Of a stretch of 64,000 bases of DNA, positions 48,175-62,494 are shown piece after piece (position 1 is the first letter of the stretch; the number at the start of each line of letters is the position of its first letter). The stretch lies in NCBI RefSeq assembly GCF_006345805.1, contig NC_043001.1:46190001-46254000 (forward strand), given 5' to 3'. The notes under the pieces were generated by a model. That model was not told the origin of the DNA, made no database searches, and saw only the letters and a program-made list of their open reading frames with translations. Both the position numbers and the translations under genes were made by a program. This stretch comes from Octopus sinensis. Taxonomy: Eukaryota.

Positions 48175-48769
48175 CATATGTGTGCGCATGCATGTGTGTC
48201 TCACACCACCTGACAATCGGTGTTGGTTTGTTTACGCCCCCATAACTTAGGCGTTCGGAGATAGAAGACGTGCGTAAGAGGTGTATAGTGTGAGCATGTA
48301 TGTATGTTTGGGTGGGTGTATATGAATGAGTGGCTACACGCTTTTCTGCATGTAGGTATGCATACTTGTGTATATGTGTGTGCGTACGTGCGTGTTGTAT
48401 GTGCGTGCGTGTTGTATGTGTGTGCGCATTGTATGTGTGTGTATGTGTGAAAATGTAATGGGGACAGAAGAAGTGCACAAGAGGTGTATAGCAAGAGCAT
48501 GCATGTATGTTTGGGTGAGTGTATCTGAATGAGTGACTATACGCATGTTTTTGCATGTAGGCATACATACTAGTGTACATATTGTACACTCTTGAAATCT
48601 CTATATCCACGAAGTAACGACCCACAAATTGAGGGGTGAGCAGTTCCGTTACTTTTACTGTTGTTGTTTAGCCCATATCACATTGGTTTGCATTGGTACT
48701 GATCAAGCAGGCCAGTTGGATCAAGCAGACCAGTGGCGTTCCAGACGTGGATATCTCATGTATTTTATA

Positions 48770-50043
48770 TATGAGGTCATTAAGAATGAAATGTTCGATT
48801 TTCTTATGCACTAAGTTTGACAGTTGTTAACTTCTAATGTTTTATCCTGACAATTCTTTGTTTTACAACATTGAAGAGCTACATCATCACTTTTCGAAAT
48901 GCAATTCATAGTGTCTGTTTAGATTGTGAGTTTTCTCTTGTAAATCAATTTTTGTGAACCCATGGATAGATAAAAAAATCCGTGTTGTTTAAGAATATAA
49001 GTTCCGTCGTGGAACCAATGCATTCCAGACAGATTGAAACATTGGTGAAGATGTGATGTGGCGAATGAGCGCACTGCACGTCGAGGGTTTGACAAGTTCT
49101 AGTTTAGTGACTTTACTCTAGAAAATCAGCCCCGTAGTAGACCTGAAACCAAGATAGATAATGATGAGCTGGAAACTGTAGTGGAAGCGGATACATCTCA
49201 AACTACGCGTGAGTTAGCAGCAAGGTTTGATGTTTCGATTTCAGTTGTATTGTACCATCTGAAACAAATCGGCAAGGTAGAGACGCTGGACAAGTGGGTA
49301 CAACACGAACTGAATGAGCATTAAATGACACGTCGTCTTGCTGTTCTTTGTTGTCACAGCATAAAGGCGAACCATTTTTGTGTCGTATTGTTACGTGTGA
49401 TGAAAAATGGATTCTTTTCAACAATAGCAAACGTTCTGAACGGTTTTTGTATATAGACGATGTGCTAAAACACAATCCAAAAAAGAATATTCATTAAAAA
49501 GGTTAATGGTGTCTGTTTGGTGGTCCAGCGCTAGTGTCATCCACTACAGATTCATGAGACCTAGTAAGTCAATTACAGCGGATGTATACATCAGCCAATT
49601 GGATGAGATGATGAGTGAGTTTGCAATTAAACAACCGAGATTGGTCAACAGAGACAGGCCAATTCTCTAGCAAGACAATGCTCAACCATATGTTGCACAA
49701 AGAACGCAACTCAAGTTGCAGGAACTGAACTTAGAAGTACTGTGTCATCCACCATATCCACCAGACCTCGCACCAACTGACTATCACGTTTTCCAGGCAT
49801 TAGACAACTCTATAGAAGGAAAAAAACTTCAAATCTGAAGATGAAGTAAAAACGGCCATTCATGATTTCGTCACCTTTGCTCTCCAGAATTCTTCGCTGC
49901 CGGCATAAATAAGCAACCGATAAAATGGCAAATTTGTGTGATAATTTAGGTGCATACTTTGATAATTGCATTGCTTTTTGTTGAGATAAGGTAAAATAAA
50001 CTTTTAGTTCAAAATCGCACATTTCATTCTTAATGGCCTGATA
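48770..50043 (+). mobile_element. Full-length decayed mariner (Hsmar1/cecropia-like, DD34D)
   Basis: TIRs gaggtcattaagaatgaaatgttcgatttt / aaaatcgcacatttcattcttaatggcctga; ORF remnant about 48962-49965 with WVQHEL, TCDEKW, QDNA, HPPYPPDLAPTDY; many stops and frameshifts. Confidence 0.93.
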
Positions 50044-50139
50044 TGAGTGATTACCCATACATGAATAGTATCACACCACACACACACACACACACACACA
50101 CAGACAGACAGACAGAGACACACACACACTCACACACAC

Positions 50140-50195
<56 letters not shown>

Positions 50196-50426
50196 CCTGT
50201 AGGCATATTATAATCTTCACGGCATTTCATCCGTCTTTACGGTCTGAGTTCAGATTTTGCTGAAGTCGACTTTGTCTTTCAACCTTTTGGAATCATTAAA
50301 ATGACAACAAAGGGACCTCTACATGGTCATTAATCGAGCACTGGGGTCGACACGATCGACAAGGCCTCTCTGTGAAATATTTCAGGCAATGTGCCTATAA
50401 TAGAAATAATTTTTATTACTATTACT

Positions 50427-50640
50427 AAGGCGGCGGGCTAGCAGAATCAGCACGCCGGGCGAAATGATTGCCGGTATTTCATCCGTTTTTACGTTTTGGG
50501 TTCAAATTCCGCCGAGGTCGACGTTACCTTTCATCCTTTCGGGGGTCGATAAAATAAGTACCAGTTGTGTACTGGAGTCGATGTAATGGACTATCCCCTC
50601 CCCTAAATTTCAGGCCTTGTGTCTTTAGTAGAAAAGATTA
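50427..50640 (+). mobile_element. SINE A monomer (a further partial copy at about 50215-50410)
   Basis: Head, core and tail-2. Confidence 0.85.
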
Positions 50641-51199
50641 TTATTAGTAGTAGAATTTTTTACAACGTTCCCTATTAATCATGTAAATTAAACCGTGTAA
50701 CAAGGTTAACAAGTGTCATTATTTAACCATCAGACACTTTGGGAATCTATTCACTTGATAAAACAGGTTTCGTGATTCTTACACCAAATTGTCTGTGTCC
50801 TTAGTGATATCTCGCTAGCACCAGTTTTTCTCCATCTAAGTCTTTTTCTTTCTTTCTTTCTTTCTTTCTTAAATCATTGTCGTTATTATCATCGTCGTCA
50901 TCCTCCACCTCCTTACCATCGTCATCGTCGTCTCTAAAACCACCACCACCACCACCACCACCACCTCTTCATCATCATCATCATCATCATCATAAAAAGC
51001 TCTCGGTTGCTCAAATCAGCAGTATTAATGTCACGAGATTTAAATGGCATCATGTCTCCTCAACTCTTCAAGGACTTTGTGAAGGATTCTTACAGACAAG
51101 TGTTCAGTTTTGCTATAGTTTCGCTGCTTCTGAATCTCATGCACAACAGCAAATGGTCTTATTCCCACTCCTGCTAAAACAAAAGAAATAACACCACTA

Positions 51200-51362
51200 T
51201 ATCGTGGATGTGTGGTAAGAAGCTTGTTTCCCAACCACATAATTTCGGGTTCAGTCCCACTGCGTGGCACCTTGAGAAAGTGTCTCCTACTGTAGCCTCG
51301 CGCCGACCAAAACCTTATGACTGGATTTGGTAGACGGAAACACTAAGAAGCCCGTCGTATAC

Positions 51363-51405
<43 letters not shown>

Positions 51406-51632
51406 GTGTGCATGTGTGTGTGTGTTTGTCCCTCACAATTGCTTAAGAACCGGTATTGTTGTGTTTACGTTCCAGTAGCTTAGCGGTTCGGCAAAAGGAA
51501 CCGATAGAATAAGTGCTAGGCTTATAGAAAAATAAATCCTGGGGTTGATTTGTTCGACTGAAGCTCATCAAAGCGATGCTCCAGCATGGTCGCAGTCTAA
51601 TGAATGAAGCAAGCAAAAGAAAAAGATAAAAT
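51200..51632 (+). mobile_element. SINE B, complete
   Basis: Head gtgtggtaagaagcttg, (GT)n, tail. Confidence 0.88.
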
Positions 51633-51684
51633 ATATGTCTCATTGTTTTCTCGTTTATCTGGTCAAGTCCAGATATTTTGCCTT

Positions 51685-52490
51685 TTATCTTTTGATTCAG
51701 TTACAGTTAGAGCCACCCTGGGGCACCACCTTGAAGTGCTTACGGTAAATCTAGTACATATTCTATAGCTCCTCTTTTTGCCGAACCGTTAAGTTACGGT
51801 GACCCAAGCAAACCAACACCGGTTGCCAAGCGACGTGGGGTGAGGAGTAAACACAAACACAATGACATTTACACACACACATACACACAAACATACATAC
51901 ATACATACTCGCGCGCGCGCTCACACAGAGACATATAAGTATCTTTTCTATTTTAGGCACAAAGCCCGAAATTTTGGGGGAGGTACTTAATTTATCGACC
52001 CCGAAAGGATGAAAGACAAAGTCGACCTCGGCGGAATTTGAGCTCAGAACGTAAAGACAGACGAAATACTTATTTCTATTTCTTTACTACCCACAAGGGG
52101 CTAAACAGAGAGAGAACAAACAAGGACAGACAAACGGATTAAGTCGATTATATCAACCCCAGTGCGTAACTGGTACTTATTTAATTGACCCCGAAAGAAT
52201 GAAAGGCAAAGTCGACCTCGGCGGAATTTGAACTCAGAACGTAGCGGCAGACGAAATACCGCTAAGTATTTCGCCCGACGTGCTAACGTTTCTGCCAGCT
52301 CGCCGCCTTACATACAACGGGCCTCCACACAATTCCCGTCTACCAAATTCACTCGCAACGCATTGATCGGCCGCCCTGATAATGCAAGGTACTTGCCCAT
52401 GGTGCCACGCAGTGTGACTGAACCCCAAACCACTTGGTTGCAAAGCGAGTTTTCTAACCACTCAGCCCTACATGCGCCTCTAGCCATGCC
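51685..52490 (-). mobile_element. SINE B with a SINE A dimer (51940-52308, -) nested in its internal microsatellite
   Basis: B 3' half at left and B 5' half resuming at 52310 (acaacgggcctcc). Confidence 0.82.
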
Positions 52491-53349
52491 CGCGCTTGTT
52501 TCATGTTTATTTTATTCTAACTTTGCTATCATATAACTCGGTAAAATCTATTGTCTTACATATTTTCCTTTATTCATTTTAATTATGGTGAAGGTACATT
52601 CCCTAGGTTTTAGGGATGTTGGGCTCACGAACATAAAGTCGTGAGTATGATTCCTGAACTAGGTGATGCGTTGTGTCATCGAGCAAGGCATTTGATTTCA
52701 CGTTGCCCCATTTCAATCAGTTGCAAATGAACACCAGCCTGGTGTTGGTACAGCTCACTCTTCCTCCAGTTTTTACATCTTAGACGAGCAGCTGAGTAAA
52801 AAATCTCAAGAGGCTGAGAGATGTGTACGTCTGCTCGCAGCCATATAAGCACCTAAAACAATTAGCGAACGCATCGTACATGTTACCAAAGTATACTCGC
52901 TGGTGTGTAACGGCTGGTTGTACCGTACAACGTTTATTATGATCATATTTGATCGCTGTGTCTCGATTAAACGATTTGTTCGAACAAATAAATCCTAGAG
53001 AATCTTACAGCAGTCATTTTCAATAACACTTGTGGCTTGTGATCATCACATTTTCATCAACTTTTAGTCTATCTTTATTTTTATCAACCTAGTGCATTCG
53101 AGTGTCTTCCGTTTAATGAATTATCGCGTGTTCATTTTATAATATATCGATGTATTCATACCAAATCATTAATACTTCATTTGTAACTAAGGCCGCTGAA
53201 ATTCCGTACACATATGCTTGGATTCGTGTAGCATGCACCCGTCCAGCCCGTCAAATATCAAATTGTGGCTTTGTTGTCACGCTGCACCTCCGCCACTCGG
53301 GCCCGTCGAGCGGCTTTCATCCCCTTGTATCTTAGAACCTTCGTACCTG

Positions 53350-56300
53350 GCATTGAAAAATTATGGTCTGTGTAGCCGACGACTTTGAGCTGTGGACAAC
53401 ATGCTACTTCTATCTGCAGGCCTACAAACTACTCTATCTAGATACGATCTGGAAGACCTGATACTGTTAGCTCATGTCAGCTAATTGGAAGCGACTGAGC
53501 AGGTTTGTGAGGCTTTTGCATCCTGCCCCACCCAATCCAGCTGTGCGTCCAAGATGGCGTTCCAATCGCCCACCAGAACTAACGAGTGAGACATTCCAAA
53601 GAAAACCTGCAAACGCCTGAAGAAATCTGGTTGCCCCACCCCAGCTGAGGCGTACACAGCGACTGGTTTGAAAGCACCACCTTCGCTTTCGCTCACATCA
53701 AGGAACACCAACTTACCTTCCGAGTTCAGCAAGATCATCCGTACCTCGAAATACAGGCCTTTCCACAACAGCACTGCCACCGCGCCTCCCATTCCAGGCG
53801 ACTAAAAGATGCGAAGCTCTCAAAATCATCGAAAATCAAAGTTAGATCGCATGTGTCAGAAGTCCTACTTTCGCTGACGGTTGTCACATCCATAGCTAGT
53901 AACTTGAAGAGGTGACCCTGCATCCAGGGCGACCCCACGCCATGAACATTTGTACTACCTACTCTTAAACACGCCATGATGACCGGACAAAATTTTGAGA
54001 AGACTCAAAAGGGTGTCTACTTAGCCCCGGGTGGTGCTACTGGAGGTCAGGTGGCTCAATGACCATGAGTTGTCGGGGTTCCTCTGGGAACCTCCTTAAA
54101 AGCCTGCACGTGTATTTTACATTAGGGGTTCCACGTCTTGAGGGAAACTCTCCTAATATTTTTTATGACTCTATAGGCATTCGCACCAACACTAGTGTTT
54201 CTGATACTTGAAAGGTGCTGGTGCCAAAGATCACACCTTCTCTCTTGACATCCTTCATTCGAGATCTAACACTTGTTTGTTGGTCCTTCTCACTAGCACG
54301 AAGTTTGATGTTTGTGTGGCTGCTTGTTGCTATTGGTCGGTTGATGCAGCTGGAGTAGTGTTGGTGGAGCTGTTCATGATGACGATAGAGGGGTTGGTGT
54401 TGCTGTAGGTGTGTCTGTGATAGTTGTGAGTATATTTCCTGTGTTTTGGTATATGTGTTGATGGGGGTTGGGGCATGTTGTTTTCTTGTGATTCCTTTTT
54501 TTGTTTTTGGAGTTCCCCTCATTTTCAATGCGTGTTGCAAAGGAATCCGTGTCTGTAGAATTAGGGTGCGAGTCAATGAAAGTATTTGGGTTTGGAGTAG
54601 ATGGAGAGAGAGAGAGGGTGGGGAGAGATTTGTCGGGGAGAGCCCCTGAGTGCTATGTGTGTCCGTATTTATTTATTATTCTTTCTGCTGTTAACGGGAG
54701 TGATGGTGGTGCATCTGTTGGTGTTGGTGTTGTTGGTGCTGTAACTGCTGGTATTGCTTTTGTAGATGATGTTGCTGGTGGTCTTTCAGCATTTAATGAT
54801 TTTGCTGTTCCTATTGCTGATGATGCCGTTGTTGCCCAGGTTGGAGCTGCATTTGTTGCTGATCGTTGCTTATTTGATTGTTGAAGCTTTTGGGGACCGG
54901 GTGTTAGCAGCAAGAGGCTTCCACGGTTTCCTGTCTTCTGTTGGCAGAAGAAAGCTTTCAAGTAGCATCTCTCTCCACACAGGTGGCACTGTGGCCTTCT
55001 ACCCTCAGCTGTAACGTGTAGTTCTTCTCCTCCTGGGAGGCGAATGAGATATGGGATCTTATGAATTGCTTCTGGTTTAATGTGGAGGAGCACTTCCACA
55101 CTGGTCCCACATCAACTTTCGCGACGGGTTCTCTTCACCTCCAGGAGGCTATTCCAAACAATTATAGCTAAAATCCACCACAATTTGCGATCTTCATGAG
55201 CACCATCGTCCTTCCTAAATAGGATGGATGGAGCATATATTTTTCACTCCGAAGGGAACCACGGAGTGTTTGAAGGCCACAGATTCAGATTTAAAGAGTA
55301 CTGAAACGCCCACAAAACTGTTTAGCCCACGATGTATGTAGAATATCGGGCATTATTTCTTTCAGTACCCCTTCTACATCCACCTGACTAGCCGCTTTGT
55401 GTTTACAGAAATGCATCTCGGCCGCTTTGTGTTTACAGAAATGCATTTGTATATAACTGTTTTCTTTTTTGTCTCTGCCAACTCCTCATGGAGTGGATGG
55501 TAATGTTCGGCCGCGCTTTCTCCAGCCTTATCAATTTAGCTGCCTCAGCTAAACAATATCTTTCTGAAGATCCATATTAAACAATTCTTTGCTTTTCACT
55601 GGCGTTGCAGCGAATGTATTGTTGTTGATATTGCTGTCGTTGTTGATTACAATTTAATTCGTTGTATTGGTGGAAGTATAGATTGTGGTTGTGCTCGTAT
55701 TCTTGTTACTACTGCTAATTGCTGTCTTTAGCATATTTCCATTGATTGTGGGTAGTTCAAGTTTGTAATTTGAATTATGACCTTGCGTTGTAATGTCGCT
55801 GAATCTGCTGCTATTGGTTGACTTAGTGGTAATTTCATTCACTGGAAGGCGGCGCGCTGGCAGAAACGTAGCACGCCGGGCGAAATGCGTAGCCGTATTT
55901 CGTCTGACGTCACGTTCTGAGTTCAAATTCGACTTTGCCTTTCATCCTTTCGGGGTCGATAAATTAAGTACCAGTTATGCACTGGGGTTGATGTAATCGA
56001 CTTAATCCGTTTGTCTGTCCTTGTTTGTTCTCTCTGTGTTTAGTCTCTTGTGGGTAGTAAAGAAATAGATAATTTCATTCACTGGACTTTGGACCTGCTG
56101 GGTGCTCGCCTCCCCTTCTATTTGTGGGTAGTAGGCGGAGGGTACTACGGCGTCTTGCACCTCTCTATCTGAACCACCTCTCATCTCCGCTTCCATATCC
56201 TCCAGCAAGGCTGGCTTCACCAAGTTGGTTTTTGAAAAAAAAATTTTCGAAACAAAATAAATATATTTTTTTTTGAGGTTTCAGCCCCCAAAGTGGCACT

Positions 56301-56440
56301 AACAACGCAAAACAACCAAAGCTATGCAAAGGCAATGGTTTTGAAAAACGTTTAGTAACAAAATAAGCAATGAACAACTTTTGGAAACAAAATGAAGAAC
56401 GAAAGACTTACGAACGAGCAAACACGTACATTCTGTGAAA
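53350..56440 (-). mobile_element. Tx1/L1-clade LINE: 5' UTR, ORF1 and the ORF2 endonuclease domain only
   Basis: ORF1 from about 56196 with zinc-knuckle-like EGRRPQCHLCGERCYLK; ORF2 from 53977 with APE motifs STNVHG, SESR, VAVYA, LVGDWNA, YLDR, GYTDH; no RT seen. Confidence 0.88.
55847..56069 (+). mobile_element. SINE A monomer (tail-1) inserted in Tx1 ORF1, 17-bp TSD
   Basis: taatttcattcactgga at 55830-55846 and 56070-56086; ORF1 frame (SPVNEI|TTK) continues across it. Confidence 0.95.
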
Positions 56441-57466
56441 ACGAATAATAATGACAAAACAATAAAAATAATAATTCCTCCTTTAGTTGGAAGGAACGGT
56501 TCAGCCGAGTGCTTGAGTGGTTCTTATTTTGTTGATTCCAGAAATAATAATTTTCCTTTGCAGGACTGAATATATGAACGACCCTTCAGTGTTGGTTGTC
56601 AGGGGGAACTGGCATTGATCATTGTAGCAAGCAGTTAAGTATACATTGGATTTACGGAGAGAAGAAAAAATACTATATTTTATAGGATGAACACGGAGGC
56701 AAATGACAATCTAGCTCTTGAAAAGATGCATATTTCTTGATAATTTAAGAATCTCTCATTAATATCATTCCAGAGTATTGGGCGTCGAATTAATCGAATA
56801 TATTCTCCCCACAAAATCTGAAGCTTCGTGCCCAATATTATCCCAGAAGTCTTTGTTGTTGCATGCATTCTTTTCCTTGGCTGCGTGCAATGTTTTGTTC
56901 GGTTTCGTTTTTGTATTTTTCGGTTACATTGAAAGTAGTCCGCGAAATCTGTATACAATACAGCGTAGTGATATTTTCTTTATACAGCGAACGTGTGTAG
57001 GGGCAGCTACGCGTGTAAGTGCTGGTGTGATATTTTTTTATCTTTATGTCTCCTGATTTTTTTTATCACCACTTCCAAACCACCTATTATCATGAGGATT
57101 GTTACTCTTTTCAATTATATTCTGCATATCTCTATCCCCAGATTTTTTTTTATATTAGTTAGTTTTTTTAAAAACCATTTCTTTTAGAGATATATTGTTA
57201 CCCGTTGCAATATATACATCAATTAGGCGACATTTTTTCCCCTCATTTTATATGACAGTAATGTCTTTTCGGCTGCTTTGATCTTCGCATCTTTGTGATT
57301 CAGTATGTTCTAGAACATGGTCACTTTGTCATTCTGCGAGAAGCCATTGTGATGTGTACTTGTATCGTCTCTTTTCTGCGCGTATTCTATACAATCAGCA
57401 TTACTTCCAGTCTACGTGACTTCTCACTCAGCTATGCCTCTCTGTATATATATATATATATATATG

Positions 57467-57510
<44 letters not shown>

Positions 57511-57700
57511 CGCTTTTATCAGTGGAACCCGAAGTAGACAAACCTCTTAAGAGTAGCGAATAAATATGGGTTTGAATACCCCTGTAATGGAAAACGTCGA
57601 AGAGACGTCTATCATTTTTGCAGAAGAGTGCGGTTCACATCCCACGGTTACTTTCGATTTTTTTCCCACCCAGATTTTTAAAAACTCAATATTTACATGC

Positions 57701-57743
<43 letters not shown>

Positions 57744-57879
57744 CATACATACATACATACATACATACATACATACATACATACAAATATGACGACAATC
57801 TTCACACTCTCCTGTCTCAGAAAATACTTTCTGTTTGTCCTTCTACTTCCGGTCACTTCAAAAATATAACCCACGCTTG

Positions 57880-58075
57880 GGTCATTGGCAATGTTTTTCC
57901 TCTTTCTTTATTTTCCTTTTGGATTTTCTTGTTTTTCCTGTTTCCGAAGAAGAGCTGTGCTCGAAACGTAAAACTACTATTCTTTTCCTTTTCCGAGCGT
58001 CGATTTAATATTTTGCTTGTCCTCACATTTGTTTTTGTTTTATTTTTATTTTTCCCTGTGTTTTGAATTAGGCAC
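57880..58075 (+). mobile_element. Penelope-like terminal repeat fragment with minimal hammerhead (57940-57974, U4C variant)
   Basis: gttt-ccgaaga-a-gagc tgt gctc-gaaa-cgta-aaac, then gagcgt. Confidence 0.7.
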
Positions 58076-58093
58076 AACACACACACACACCAT

Positions 58094-58132
<39 letters not shown>

Positions 58133-58285
58133 GATGATAGATATATACACCACACATATATATATATATGTGTGTGTTATGTGTGTATATATATATACTA
58201 TACATTTATATATCATATATGTATATATATATATATACATGCAGACACCCACACACATATATATATAAAAGAGAGTGTATATATC

Positions 58286-58318
<33 letters not shown>

Positions 58319-58360
58319 TATATTATATATATATATTGTGTGTGGTGTGTGTGTGTGTGT

Positions 58361-58395
<35 letters not shown>

Positions 58396-59554
58396 TGTTG
58401 TGTGTGTATTTGTATATGCGTATACAGTATTTAAGTGGAACGGATACGCTAAGGGCGCAACAAAACTGCCGCGTTGGTTGCGGCTGTTAATAGTAATCAC
58501 GCTAAAGTACCTCTGTTGTGTTGTCCCCTAAGGTTCTATGTGGCCCGAATAGGGATATGACGTAATATAAAGACAACGTGTATTATGAAAAAAAACAAAC
58601 AATCAAACAAAGAAAGGACAAATAACAAGACGCATGAATTTGTGATTCTTTATTTCGTTTGATGCATATATTTCCTTGTTTCGAGAATTAATGATATATT
58701 ATAAATGCAATTTACTGAGAGCATTTATAATATGACATCATTAATTATCAAACACAGAAACATATGTAACACATGAAATAAAGGAATATCACATTCATGC
58801 TGCTTCATGTTTTTTTTTATCTCATTATGTATGTATGTATGTATGTATGTATGTATATGTATATTTTTGTGTCTGCGTGTGTATATATATCTATATATAT
58901 ATATTGATTGATATACATATATATATAGACATACGTATATATCTATGTGTATTCATGTATATATATATATATATATACATGCATACACATAGATATATAT
59001 GTATATCAATAATATATATATATATATAGATATATCAGACACACGAAGACCACAAATATAATATATATACAATATATATATATATTATATATATATATAG
59101 CTATATATATCTATATTATATATATATATATATACACACTTATCTTTATATCAATTATATTCAATGCATATGTCATCTGTTGTTGTTTTTGTATCTTCTT
59201 AAAGAGCTGTTTGTAAACTCAACATGGCCTTCCAGGAGGCGGAAAATGATTTTTGCCTTGTCCATATTTTATAGCATTTTATATTAGATTCCATAATTTT
59301 TATAGCTCTGTAAAGGTTATTTTATAATAGTCTTATAGTTGTCGCTTTCCTTTATGTCTCAATGTCAAGGATAAATATTACTGTCTCTCTATCAGCTTTT
59401 GGGTGGTGAAGTCAGGAGGTTCTTCTTTTCTTCTAGGTTGCTAATCCAGTTAGCTTTTAGTTGAATAATATAATAAAAGTATTGCTGTACTTTTGATATT
59501 TAAACATGTTTAATTATTAATATAATGCATTTTTTTATAGTTTCTTTCTGTTAT

Positions 59555-59632
59555 TTTTCGTTTACTTGTTTCAGTCATTGGATTGCGGCCATGCTGAGGC
59601 AACGCCTCGAAGGATTAAGTAGAAATCAATCG

Positions 59633-59677
<45 letters not shown>

Positions 59678-59912
59678 CATACATATATACACACACACAC
59701 ATATATATATTTGTGTATGTCTGTGTTTGTCCCCCAACCATTGCCTGACAACCGATCTTGGTGTGTTTATGTTCCCCGTTCCTAGCGGTTCGGCAAAAGA
59801 GAACGACAGAATAAGTAGTAGGTTACAAAGAATAAGTCCTGAGGTCGATTTCTTCGACTGAAGGCGGTGCTCTAGCATGGCCGCTGTTAAATGACTGAAA
59901 CAAGTAAAAGAA
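59555..59912. mobile_element. Two SINE B 3' parts in opposite orientation (59555-59632 on -, 59715-59912 on +)
   Basis: Tail motifs on both strands around a (CA)(TA) tract. Confidence 0.8.
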
Positions 59913-60346
59913 CGGTGTAAAAAGGTCTTATATGTATGCTGGTCCTTCAATGTATACTGGACCAAGCATCACCACCACCACCACCAATTACAACAACAAC
60001 AACAACAACAACAACAGAAAAATAAAAAAGATAAAATAAAGTTAAGAGAAAAATATGTCTGTTTAAATAAATACATATTCTGTGAGAGAAAATATTTTAA
60101 AATATCAACATTATATCATTCATTACATTCATCATTATCATCATCATCATCATCATCGTCATCATCATCATAAACATAATCATTATTAATATCATCATCA
60201 ATGCAATCATTATGATTATGATTATCAACAACAGCAATAACATAAAATGAAATAAATGAGAAAAAAATGATATAGATAAAAATTACACCAAAAAAAAAAA
60301 AGAATTCCTAAGAGAAACGAATGATAATAATAATAATGATAATAAA

Positions 60347-60405
<59 letters not shown>

Positions 60406-60569
60406 TGAAGAAAAGAAAAAAGAATTGGTTTGGAATGTTCCATTGATGTCTTTTAAACAATGGAAGATAGTATTAAACAGAATTATTGTTTCTGCGTTTG
60501 TGTGAAAATATCAAACAAAAATAAACAACTTTAGAAGATTTCGAAGGCCTTATGTATACAATATACGTA

Positions 60570-60613
60570 TGTTGTGTATGTATATAACTATATGTAGATA
60601 TTTATACCATATG

Positions 60614-60685
<72 letters not shown>

Positions 60686-60798
60686 ATATATGTATGTATA
60701 ATTATATATAATTATACATATATGCAATCTATAAATATATGTATTTTTACATATATAAATGTTTATACAACCATACATACATATGTATGTGGATATAT

Positions 60799-60830
<32 letters not shown>

Positions 60831-60852
60831 AATATGTATATATGTTATATAC

Positions 60853-60885
<33 letters not shown>

Positions 60886-60936
60886 CATATATATACAATA
60901 TATATAATATACATGTATATACATACATACATACAC

Positions 60937-60967
<31 letters not shown>

Positions 60968-61068
60968 CATGTATATACATACATACATATATATATATAT
61001 ACATATATATATATTATATATATATACATATATATATATACATATATATACTATATATAATATATACC

Positions 61069-61121
<53 letters not shown>

Positions 61122-61130
61122 ATATATATC
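60570..61130. repeat. Degenerate (TA)n/(TACA)n tract
   Basis: Directly visible; similar tracts at 22158-22435, 47480-47960, 58080-58420 and 58830-59140. Confidence 0.97.
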
Positions 61131-61616
61131 TGATCTCTGTGTGTGTGTCGTTGCACTATTGTGTCGCCGAAGGCAAGGTCTTTGGTCTCATTGATTTTAA
61201 CATCTGTTTTCTGTTCTCTTCAGGTCGAGGCAGGCCTGACTACAGCTGAGTCCGGTTCGTTAAAAACAGTCTATTTTATTGTATTTGTTTCAAAGACTAG
61301 AAGTTTTATGAGATGCTTCGAGATGGAGATAGCAAGTCTCCAGCCAATACCAATATTTGAGTATATATCAATACAGAGTGAATATATATATATATATATA
61401 TAACACACGTATACATAGATATAATCATATATAGTGTATTTACGTATATGTGTGCATATATTGATATCAATGTATATGTGTGTGTGTGTTTGTATTCATA
61501 TATGTTTGCACAGATCAAGTTCGTTCATTTTTATCTCATCTTTTCATTTAGAGTTGAGAAAAAATTACAATATTAGTATAGTTTGAGAAATTGAGTCTAT
61601 GCTTGTGTGTGTGTGT

Positions 61617-61656
<40 letters not shown>

Positions 61657-62494
61657 AAGTAAGTGAGTCTATATATATGTGTGCGTGTATCTGTATATCT
61701 GTATGTATACATTCGTGAGTTTGCGTGTATGTTATTTTCCTTTTGAAACAACGGAAGAAAAAAATGTTCACGTCCATTTGCTTTTTAACTTTTTCTCAAT
61801 TTACCATCAATAAATGTTCATTTGTATTTAATAATTGTTTAGGTTTTTATTAAATATATACACCCATATCATAAAATTATATATACTCATTTGCACATAA
61901 AATGTGTGTTTGAATACCTGTCTAAATTTTGTACACCACACACATATATATACAAACAATCATACGCATCTACACATACACACATATACATACATACGTA
62001 CACATACACATACATACATATACACACATACGCACACACACTCACATATATTTATTTATTTGTGTTGACTTTCGTTGTGTCGCTCGAAGCGAACGGTACA
62101 ATAGTTTCTCATTTTGTTTGAGTTTCGTGCCATGTAAACATTTATTTTTTTGCCGGTTTCGTTATTTCAAACGAAAACGAGAGTTCGCTTATTTCATTAC
62201 TTGTCTTACCCTTTAGATCAGTGAATAGCCCTCTTTTCAGTTTTGTCTCACAAACGATCAAGTTAATATGTTTATATTAGTTTCTATTTGTGTATGTATT
62301 ATTACATTTCTGTTTTGGCCCAAACGAAGCCAATGTCCTTTTGCTTCTGTTTATTTATTTATTAATTTTTTTTTTTGTTGAAAATTTATTTGTACTTAAG
62401 AGAAGTGTATAGTTTATTTGAAGTTAATCTCAATATATATTTTTTTCTCCACGATTTAGCATTGTTTGAGTGGCTGTTACATCACACCACATCA

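Noticed and set aside
61143-61403. Plus-strand acceptor ttctgttctcttcag with an open frame
   Set aside because: No convincing donor or partner exon; the frame runs into (TA)n
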